A DNA stretch of 62,792 nucleotides, counting the filler, from Welwitschia mirabilis (Eukaryota): NCBI GenBank assembly GCA_051453625.1. It is 7 parts of one record of this genome, joined end to end, with 100 filler letters (N's around TTAATTAATTAA, not from the genome) between each part and the next. Parts side by side here need not be neighbours in the genome. Positions count along the whole stretch, not along the records: positions 53,450 to 56,944 come from JBOZIK010000001.1; positions 57,045 to 62,792 come from JBOZIK010000001.1; 5 more parts are not named here. One strand, 5' to 3'. Below are positions 53,450-62,792 of this stretch, in pieces. The translations under genes and the position numbers were made by a program. The notes below the pieces were generated by a model that searched no databases, had not been told where the DNA came from, and was given only the letters and a program-made list of their open reading frames with translations. Numbering within the stretch: the first letter of the stretch is position 1; every line of letters begins with the position of its first letter.

Positions 53450-56400
53450 TTTGTTGCTCTTCTTTCATATCATTTTAATATGTGCAAAATCTGAATGTGT
53501 TTGATGCTAGCAATATTTTAATTTTATGCTATTCAACCCTCCCCCGCTCCCCCAAGGTGCTTTTTGATCCTAACAATTGGTATCAGAGCCTGGTTGCTCT
53601 AGATTAGTACCTTCTGTGTGTTTTTCAGGAAAAATTTTATGGCATCCTCAAGTCATTCGGAAGGTCATGTAGTCTCAAGGCCACCATTCTTTGACGACAA
53701 CAACTACACTCATTAGAAATCCAAAAATGAGTATCTTTCTGACATCTCTACATCCTGACATCTAGGACTTGGTAGAGTTTGGATACCAACCTCCTACTAA
53801 AACTATAGCTGGAGTGGTCTCCTTGAAGGCGAAAGATGAATGGGATGAAAATGACAAAAGAATGGTTCAGAACAATGCCAAGGCAATGAACGCAATAATC
53901 TGTGCCTTATCAACTGAGAAGTATGACCAAATTGTAAAGTGCCTCTGTGCCAAAGATATGTGGGACACTCTGAAAGTAGCTCATGAAGGTACAAATATTG
54001 TAAAGAATTCTAAGCTTCAACTTCTTACTCTCAAATTTGAAATATCAGGATGGAAGAATCGGAGTCAATAGCCGGATTCACAACAAAAATAAGTAACATA
54101 GTTAACAACATGTGAGGTTTGGATGAAAGGAATCCTGAGAACCATGTTATAAGGAAAATCTTGAGAAGTCTTACTCTAAAATTTAGACCCAAGGTGACAA
54201 CTATAGAAGAAAGCAAGGATATCGACAAAATGAAAGTGGAAGAGCTCAAAGGATCCTTAATGGCATATGAAGCAACTGTTCTTCCAGAAGAAGAAACATC
54301 AAGGCGAAAAAGCATAGCTCTAAAGGCAAATGAAGATTCAAATGACAGTAGTTCAGATGAGGACAATCTTGATGAAGATCTTGCACTTCTCACTAGGAAC
54401 TTCAAACGTTTTCTTTGTAAGAAAAAAGGATTCAAAGTTCACCAAAAGATGGGCAAGAGGTAAGATGGACAAAGGTAAGAAATCATCTTCAATTCAATGT
54501 TATGAATGCAAAGGTTTTGGTCATGTAGCTGCAGACTATGCAAACAACAACAAAAAGGACAAGAGGGACTAAGGAAAGAAAGTGTTCAAAGCATCATGGG
54601 ATCAATCTGAAGATGATCTGATGGACTTAAGCGATGATGACAATATGGTAGACTTTGGTCTTCTCGCAGTTGCAGAAGAGGTTAGTCCTTCAAGTTTTTT
54701 AAATTTAGATCTTGATCATGTCTCTAGCTCTAAATGCATTTATTTTCAAAATTTTTCTCTTGAGTGTGATGATCTAGATTTTGATGAACTCTCTATTGCC
54801 TACGAAAAATTGTATTCGTTTCATGTCAGTTTAGGGAAGAAAAATGTTTCTCTTCGAAAAATAGTTGATAGCTTAGAATGCAATCTAAAGGAAGCAAATG
54901 AAAGGATAAAATTGTTAATTTCTGAACTTCAAGATGCTAAAGTAATTGCACTTGATTGTCTAAAGGAAGCGATAATTTGAATAAGTTGTTGGGTTCAGGT
55001 GGAAATCCGTGGGATAAGTCAGGTCTTGGTTGCACTTCAACTAGTTTTCATAATTTAGAAAATCTCATGCCTAATGTAAAATTCGAAACTAGTGTCAAAT
55101 GTTACTTTTACAATCGAAATGGTCATGTTCAATTTGCTTGTCCTTACAAGAAAACTCTCTACTTCAACTTAAATCATGGATTCAAATTTGTGAAAAGATT
55201 TTCTCAATCTAGTCAACAACGTCATGCTAAATATCCATGGGTCAAGAAAAATCTGCCTTCTTTATTTGCGTATGCTGCCTTTAATGCTCAAGATTGAACT
55301 AGGTGGTATTTGGATAGTGGGTGTTCTAGCCATATGACAGGTGATAAGATCCTTCTTACGTCTTTTGAAGATTACAATGGTGGAGAGGTAACTTTTGGTG
55401 ACAACAGTAAGGGTTTGATTGTGGGCAAGGGAATTGTAAGTGCTAATAATGATCATCCAACAATTCATGATGTGTATCTTGTAAATGGATTAAAGCACAA
55501 TCTTTTGAGCATTTTTCAGATTTGTGATAAACGTAACATTGTTTCATTCGACCAAGACAAGTGTGTAGTTTGGAATGCTATCACTAACACAATGGTGCTC
55601 ACAAGTAATAGGTCTAGATGCATGTATGTGATTGGAAAAACTAACAATCAAATGAGTAAAGACTACTACTTTGCTAAAAACGAAGATATCGACTTATGGC
55701 ATAAGAGATTAGGGCACATAAATCTTAAAGATCTATCCAAAATCTCATCAAAAGAAATTGTAAGAGGAGTTNNNNNNNNNNNNNNNNNNNNNNNNNNNNN
55801 NNNNNNNNNNNNNNNNNNNNNNNNNNNNNNNNNNNNNNNNNNNNNNNNNNNNNNNNNNNNNNNNNNNNNNNAGATTTATCCAAAATTGCCTCAAAAGAAA
55901 TTGTAAGAGGAGTGCCTAAGCTTAGCCTGGATCAAGCAAAAATGTGTGTGTCATGTGTTAAAGGGAAGATCACTAAAACTCACTTTAAAGGTAAGACCTT
56001 TACAACTTCTTTGAGACCTTTGGATCTGATCCACATGGACTCAGTTGGTCTAGTTCAAACCAAGAATATTAGAGGAAGGAGATTTTTTTAGCCATGGTTG
56101 ATGATTTATCTCGTTTTTGTTGAGTTTCCTTTCTGGGCAGTAAAGATGAAGCCTTCAACACTTTTGCTAAGATTTGTAGAAGAATTCGAAATGAAAAAGA
56201 TTACGCTATTCAGACCATTAGATCCGACAGAGAGGAGAGTTTGTTAATGAGAAATTTGAAAACTTCTGTGATTATCATGGTACGTTTCATCAACTCTCAG
56301 CCCCACAAACTCCTCAACAAAATGGGGTAGCTGAAAGAAAGAACAGAGTGTTAATTGAAATGTCTAGATTCTAGAACTATGTTAAATGATAAAGTTCTTC

Positions 56401-56944
56401 CCCAACATTTTTGGGCAGAAGCAGTCAACATGGCTTGTTACATTAGCAACAGAGTTTTCCTAAGGCCTAACATGGATAAAACCCCTTATGAATTATGGAA
56501 TGGCAAAAGGAAAAAAAAAAGAAGGAAAAAAACCAATGTAAGTTATTTCAAAGTGTTTGGAAGTAAGTGTCTAATTCTTAAAGATAAAGGAGAAAATGGT
56601 TAATTTGAATCTAAAGCAGCTGAAGAGACTTTTCTTGGATATTCTATGACACGTAGAGCTTACAGAGTCTTTAACAGGAATTTAGGTAGAGTTGAAGAAT
56701 CCGTGCATGTCAAAATAGATGATGACTTTAATGTAAAACCAAAAGCAGATGATGGTGAAGAAACTATAATTGTTGAATCCTCTTCTTCACTTTCCAAAAA
56801 TTTCAATGATACTACTACAAGGGAAAAGGAATAAAGTCAAAAGCACACATCTCTTTCTTTAAGAACCAAAAAAGATCATCCTCAAGAAGATGTAATAAGT
56901 GATCGTGATCAGGGAACAACCACTCGAAGTGGAAAAGCCATTAG
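53450..56944 (+). mobile_element. Ty1/copia (Sirevirus-like) 5' half: LTR end, PBS, gag-protease-integrase
   Basis: The LTR ends ctattcaaccctccccc...gatcctaaca at 53575, a perfect tRNA-iMet PBS tggtatcagagc is at 53578-53589, and the ATG is at 53639. Motifs: RPPFFD, AKDMWDTLKVAHEGT, CYECKGFGHVAADY, WYLDSGCSSHMTGD, LWHKRLGH, TPQQNGVAERKNR, FWAEAVNMACY. There are several stops and frameshifts. Confidence 0.95.
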
Positions 56945-57044
56945 NNNNNNNNNNNNNNNNNNNNNNNNNNNNNNNNNNNNNNNNNNNNTTAATTAATTAA
57001 NNNNNNNNNNNNNNNNNNNNNNNNNNNNNNNNNNNNNNNNNNNN

Positions 57045-58860
57045 CAACCACTGTCTAGAAACCATTTAGTTCTCTTTTGGGCTTTAAAAGCTGCATGAGC
57101 AAACAGAGAAGTAATCGTGCTCTTTCTAACCCATTTCTTAACCATGTGAGGCTTTTGATTTTGCATCATAGAAGTATTTGAATTAATAAATCTAAACCTA
57201 TTATTATCATACCCAAAAAATAAGGATTTTCATAAAGGACAGGTGTATTTAATATGACCATATCTATTGCAATAAAAGCATTTTAAACTAACTTTACTAA
57301 AATATTGCAATTTCTGACTTGGTTTGAAAAAATTGGGTTTACGAGACTTACCTGAGAGGTTTTCCAATCTAGATTTCTCACGAGGAGATCTATCTATGCC
57401 TAGCAGCCGATCAAGGTTGTCTTTTCCTTGAGCCAATCTTTCAGTTGTTCTTTTAGAGTCCTGCAAGCTCTTAGATAGTTCTTCTATTTTTATGTTAGCT
57501 TACTTCAAATTCAATTAAAGATCTGATATTTATTTTTTTATAAGACAAATTCTTCTTACCTAGATCTAGATTACTTCATACCTAGATCTAGATTACTTCA
57601 TACAATTTTTCATAAGCTTCAAAAGTATCACAATCTTTAAGATTATTATCAAAATGAGTTTCAGATTCTAAGGAAACTTGAGAGTGAGCAATACCCGGGG
57701 AAGGAATGAATGGAGTTGGCTTTGTATCATTGCTGAGAAATACTACTAACCCGAAATTTAAGGAATCATCATCACTAGATTGAGCATCATCATCATATTC
57801 ATCATCCCAGGTTACTTTGAAGGCTTTCTACTCTTTAAACTTAGATTTCTTTTCTTTTCTTTTGTTAGCACATTTAGATGCAACATGACTATAGCCTTTA
57901 CATGCATAACATTGAATAGAAGAGGATGAACTCTTACCTTTGTCACCCAACTTTCAAGAGCCATTTCTGTTGTTTTTGAAATCTTTCTTCTTTCTCAAGA
58001 ACCTTTTGAAGTTGCGGGCTAAAAAGGCTATATTGTTATCTACTTCATCATCACTTGAAGAAGCTTCTTCTTGGTCATTACTTGCTTTAAGAGCAAATGC
58101 TCTTCTTTTTGGGAAGATCTTCTTTAGCGAGAAAGGTTTCTTCATAGGCCATGAGAGATCCTTTTAACTCTTCTACCTTCATCTTGTCAATATCTTTACT
58201 TTCTTCTATTGCCATGATCTTAGGTCTGAACTTCAAAGATAGACTTTTGAGAATCTTCCTTACCACTTTGTTTTCTGGGATTCTTTCTCCTAGGCCCCAC
58301 ATACTGTTTACAGTATTGTTGATTTTGGTGGTATAATTAGCTACTGATTCTGACTCTTCCATCTTAATGTTTTCGAACTTTGTGGCTAAAAGTTGTAGCT
58401 TGGAGTTCTTCACAATATTTGCCCCCTCATATGCAATTTTCAATGTGTCCCACATCTCCTTGGCTGTTGAACATTGCACTACTCTGTCATATTCTTCAGT
58501 GGAGAGAGTGCATATGATTGCATTCATCGCTTGAGCGTTTATCTAAAGAATCTTTTTGTCATTTGCATCCCAGCTCTCTCTGGGTTTCAGCACTTCTTTT
58601 CCAAGGGGATCTGTTTCGATTGGAGGAGAGTAGCTGAATTCAACTATAGCCCAAATATCTGGGTTGAGTGAGGTCAGGAAAATGCTTATCTTTGATTTCC
58701 AGTGGGCATAGTTGTTGTTGTTGAAGAAAGGAGGTCTCCAGACTGACTGTCCTTCATGATGCTCTGCAATGCTAGAGGATGCCATTGAAACATATCTGCA
58801 CTACAGATGAAAATAAACCAAATATATGCAGATCTAGAGCAACCAAACTCTGATACAAAT
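57045..58860 (-). pseudogene. Ty1/copia (Sirevirus-like) gag up to the protease start, same family as 53450-56944
   Basis: ATG at 58785 (MASSSIAEHHEGQSVWRPPFF), then AKEMWDTLKIAYEG, AIEESKDIDKMKVEELKGSLMAYE, CFYCNRYGHIKYTC and WFLDSG at ~57050. The PBS complement actctgatacaaat lies at 58847-58860. Confidence 0.93.
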
Positions 58861-59724
58861 TGTTAGGATCTCAATAGGCACCCTAGAGGGGGGTGAATCG
58901 GGTAATCAAAATATTAAGCAGAATTTAAAACAATATAAATCTAACAACACAAAAATGAATCAATAAAAGTGATAAACAACTGAAAACTAAGAAAAAGAAA
59001 CAAGTGCACCAAATTTTTATAGTGGTTCGGCCGAGCCTACTCCACTCTCAGGGGGCAGCAAATAGTTATCAGCCTCCTGGTTCCCTTAATCCAAGGTCTT
59101 TTACAAACACTCCTTCACATGGAGTTCTTATGGCCTCTGCTCAAATCTGTGAGCCTTTTACAACAACGAAGAGAATAGAAAGAGAGAGATTTCTGATGGA
59201 AGAAAGTGCCTAGATCTAGCACATGTCATCAACATTCGACTTTCAGATCAATCTTGATGATGATAGATTACACGAGTTTAGAACATACAACTTTCAGAAT
59301 GTAGACACCCTGTTTTTCAAAAGATCTTTTCAAATGCAAGCCTTGTCCATTTCAATCTAATAGGAAGAAGTATATATAGGCACAAGAGAGAGAAGGGCTG
59401 TTGGTAAATAAAAACCACAGTTAACGTCTATAAACGGCTATATTTCTGCGTCAACGAATATATTCCCAGACATCCCATCGGAAAAGTTCGAACGTCCCCA
59501 TTTTTTTAATATTCCTTTTTGCAAAACCGAATACAGGGTTGGACGTCCCTGATTCTAAGTGCGAATGTCCCAATATAAAAATCCGTATACAGGGTCGGAC
59601 GTCCCGGTACAGCAAATCCGCGTACAGGCCCGGACATCACAATTATATAGGGTGGACGTCTCGATCGGGAGAAAGCTTGTTTTCTGACTCAGAATTTTTA
59701 TTATTGAAAATATGTGATACAACA
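58861..59724 (-). mobile_element. 5' LTR of the minus-strand copia element
   Basis: Termini are tgttaggatc (58861) ... gatacaaca (59724). It has a C-rich end motif (complement ctagaggggggtgaat), a TATA-like tatatata near 59372 and repeated ggacgtcc palindromes. Unrelated Ty3 sequence resumes after 59724. Confidence 0.8.
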
Positions 59725-60191
59725 AGAGCAAGACGCTGCAAAGGTCAAATCGTGACTGGCCATCAAGCAGGAGAGGCACATAATAGTTAGTGACGAAGTA
59801 TTCATCCACCTAGGCACGTAGAGATTACCTGGCTTGAAGATAGCCAAACTGAAAAAATGAAAATTTGGACCACTTACAGTAACTAGGCAATTGGGAATAG
59901 TGTCTTTGAAGTTGCATCCCTAGAGTTCTTAAAGGTTTCTCCAATCTTCATCAGTATAAATTTGAATCCTTGCATGGAAACCACTTTCACTGCCTTGGAT
60001 ACACTAGATACGAGACCATTTGAACAATCAACTGCAAAGTTTTAGATTGGTGAACCAGGAAGGCCAGACGCCCAGAGTACCTGCAGGACTATTTAGTCAA
60101 GCTCCTAGGAGAGCAGCTTCAAGATGCTTTACATGCCTCAAACCACATTGAATGGGGTTTAGCAGAAGCTTGGCCATCTTGAGGGGTAAGT
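59725..60191 (+). pseudogene. CRM-like Ty3 integrase C-terminal remnant interrupted by the copia insertion
   Basis: VSDEVFIHLGT*RLPGLKIAKLKK*KFGP and IGNSVFEVASLEFLKVSPIF match the GPF/GPY module, and DYLVKLLG matches ENYLVQVLG at ~2720. A PPT-like gaggggtaagt is followed by TGATG at 60192, a probable 3' LTR start. Confidence 0.65.
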
Positions 60192-61223
60192 TGATGACGA
60201 AGTGACTACCACTCCCCTCTTACATCTGCCCTCATTTGTCAATGTGCATGTTACAGCCATTTCTCCTGCTGTTCTAGTCTGCTTTTCATCTAATGATCCT
60301 CCACTTCCTTCAGCACTGATTAGGGTTGTTGATCTTCATTGCAAATAGATTCTGATGCCTTACCTAGGGCAGACAAGGCTGAAGGTGAGAAGCCTCAAAA
60401 ATGGAAAACTGTTACCTCTCTGTACCAGTGACAGAAACACTGAAACATTCACTTTTTAGTAATTTAGAGGAATGCAAGGGCAAACAGCACCAATAATCTT
60501 CAATCCAGCGTTGTGTGTCATTCACTGTTTTCTGTTTTCTTCTTGTTTTGTTCATCGAACAGTCTCAGTTTTTCCACCCAGCCACATTTTGGACTGCAAT
60601 AGTTCCTTCCTGAAGCTAATTTTATCGATTTCATTCTTACAGACCATTTTGAAAGCATCGTGGCTCACAGTTCTACTTCCTGAGGGTTTGATTTTTAAAA
60701 CTTTGCATTATATCTTATGAAGAAAGTTCATCTTTTATTCATGGAAGACCTTAATTTATTTGAATTTATTGTTTAAACAAATTACAAAATTTAATATGAA
60801 GATATCTTTGTGGACACAGTTGATCTTTACCTAAACCAAGCTTTACTTTTTCCCTTTAGCCTGTTCTATGGTACTAGTTTCAGGAAATGTCACTTGAGTT
60901 CACTGAAAAAACATGCATGCAATGACTAAGCATTTCCTACACCCACAAACATGAAACATCTCTCTGAAAGTTCTATACATGGTGGATGAACTATTTCTTT
61001 TCCAAAACTTCTAAAATATCAATAGCTACATTATGAAGATTCATCCATCTATGCAATGTTACATTAAAAAAGAGTCTCTTTACAGAAAGAACAACCTGAT
61101 GCAGTTTTTCTCTTTCATGAAGTTATTTATACGTTGAGTGCTTTAGAACTTCATTCGTTAAACCAAACTGGAGATTCAAATCGCTGCTGATATGAAATAA
61201 ATTTTTTTCCCTTTATATTGCAG

Positions 61224-61285
61224 CAACAGTGATTGTCCTTGGCTTGGCAAATTTGATTGCAGGGCTTTTGTTGATATTGAATAAT
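61224..61285 (+). CDS. Penultimate coding exon of a VIT1/CCC1-family MEB-like (membrane protein of ER body-like) gene
   Basis: It has a polypyrimidine tract with a ttgcag acceptor at 61223 and a gtaagt donor at 61286. It encodes TVIVLGLANLIAGLLLILNN, matching the VIT1/MEB LGLANL motif. Confidence 0.85.
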
Positions 61286-61393
61286 GTAAGTCATTTGGAC
61301 ACAGAAAATGAGTTTGCTACATGTTTATTCTTCCCTTTCTACTATTCAGAGGGCAAATCCTGGTACTATTTTTCATATCGTTGCTTCTTGCAG

Positions 61394-61753
61394 ATGTTGG
61401 CACTACATCACTACCATAAAGGACGCTTCACACAAACTGTAGGTCATAGCTTCCAATTTAATGGATCTGTTGCAGTACTTTCTTACCTTACATTTGGGTC
61501 CTTGGCACCCATAACCTACGGTGTCTTCTTTCAAGAGAGCAACAGTAATCTATGGAAGTCCCTTGCGACTGGTGGAGTGTCCTTGATTGCTGTTATATTG
61601 CTAGCCCTTGGCAAGGCTTGTGTTTTTAACAGAGGTCACATTTCAACAGTCCTCAGTTACATAAACTCTGGATTTTGGGCTTCATTTGTTGGGTTTTTCG
61701 CTGGTAAATATATAAAAAGGCTGTTGGAGAAATGGGGTTTTAGAACGGAGTAG
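61394..61753 (+). CDS. Last coding exon of the VIT1/CCC1-family MEB-like gene
   Basis: The acceptor is ttcttgcag at 61393 and the stop is TAG at 61751-61753. It encodes VAVLSYLTFGSLAPITYGVFF...SLIAVILLALGKA...YIKRLLEKWGF, resembling the C-terminal transmembrane helices of plant MEB-like proteins. Confidence 0.88.
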   Translation: MLALHHYHKGRFTQTVGHSFQFNGSVAVLSYLTFGSLAPITYGVFFQESNSNLWKSLATGGVSLIAVILLALGKACVFNRGHISTVLSYINSGFWASFVGFFAGKYIKRLLEKWGFRTE

Positions 61754-62293
61754 CTAACAATAAGTCCCTCAGAGCTACCACTTTAGTGCCACAAACAGGT
61801 TACAAGACCTGGAATTTGATGTTGATGTCTTTCATTCCAAAAAACCGAAGTTTTTTGTATAAGGATGTATCAGTTAACTTCGAATTCTCAGGTTGCTAAA
61901 CTGGATTATTGTCTCTTCACTCTCTTGAGATAAGGTGTTGCTTAGTCTTATGGTCTTTCAGAGATTACCAGCTTTAGTAACTTTGGGGACTTATGGTTGA
62001 CCAAACAGGGCTCTTTGAGCTGTTAACTTCCTTATCTTTTCTAGTTTTATCTTTAAAATGACAAATTTTCTTAATTTAGGTATTGATGTCAATCCATGTG
62101 CAAAATTTCATTTTGATAGGCTGATTACTCAGTTGAATTTTCTCTTGCAAAATTAAATTTTATTCTTGTATCTTCTTCTACAATTGACCTGAGCAAGTAA
62201 ACCTGCGACATGGGCATGTGCACTACAGTTTTTGATGAACTAATTTCTCCAAAAAAACTTAATTACTATATTTCTAGTTAGTATTTGAAATAT

Positions 62294-62390
62294 CCTTTTT
62301 CCCCCGTAATATCCTCTTCTCCCTCCCTCCTCCTTTTCTCTTCTCTCTTCTCTCCCTCCCTCGCTCCCAAAACCCCCTTCTCCCTCTTTC
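62294..62390. repeat. CT-rich polypyrimidine low-complexity tract
   Basis: The tract reads cctcttctccctccctcctccttttctcttctctcttctctccctccc and is directly visible. Confidence 0.7.
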
Positions 62391-62792
62391 ATAAGCTAGC
62401 TTTTAATCTTTAACATTATGAAATTCAAGGCATTATTCCTACAGATTCTAGTCATTAGATTTTAAATATGCATTTCACAGATGACTCCTCTCTTCTTGTG
62501 AAGAATACTTGTAGCTTGATCACCTGTCTTCTCTCTTTGGTGAATTGTTATTGTTCGTTACCTGGTTCTTCCATCAAGTGGTCTAAGTCTTCTATCTATA
62601 GTTTCAATTGTGATTACTTGCGTCTTTCTTAAAAAGATTGGAAACTTGTTGGTTGAGCTAATGATATTAAACTGTAGGGTATTCTTTTAGTTTCGAGGAT
62701 TCTTTAGGAATTTTATGGAATCAGGTTATTGAGAAAGTATGAATTTAGATCTTCTTAACAAGGTTCAGAAATGATTTTTTCGCTTATTCTAA

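Noticed and set aside
55295..55297. In-frame TGA between gag and protease as a programmed readthrough site
   Set aside because: The sister copy has an Arg codon (AGA) at the same position, so this is most simply a CGA>TGA decay mutation. The element has other stops too.
60644..60665. attttgaaagcatcgtg resembling the missing ILKSIV exon of the MEB-like gene
   Set aside because: It needs a frameshift, is not followed by YGGL, and probably lies in LTR-derived sequence.
61229..61753. 174-aa single-exon ORF from the ORF track
   Set aside because: It starts at an internal GTG and reads through a canonical intron. The real structure is two spliced exons.
62221..62235. CACTACAG as a CACTA transposon terminus
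   Set aside because: It does not continue as a typical TIR, and there are no subterminal repeats or partner end in the window.

Overview
This is plant nuclear DNA: AT-rich, CpG-depleted and heavily gapped. About 60 kb of it is a stack of nested, decayed LTR retrotransposons. It includes several Athila-clade Ty3/gypsy copies (LTRs TGTTG...CAACA of about 1.1-1.4 kb, tRNA-Asp-type PBS, MDDFS RT motif), chromovirus-type Ty3 remnants (CRM-like and Tekay-like), and four Ty1/copia pieces resembling Sireviruses. The only recognisable host gene is at the right end: the last two exons (61224-61285, 61394-61753) of a VIT1/CCC1-family, MEB-like membrane protein gene. I could not find its upstream exons in the window, so the retrotransposon block may be a giant intron. 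Six artificial 44N-TTAATTAATTAA-44N linkers and many 100-N gaps with duplicated flanks limit long-range conclusions. I found no intact autonomous element, RNA gene, CRISPR array or convincing novel system. The most distinctive unexplained signal is a recurrent ~40-bp nested hairpin motif spread through the Athila family.
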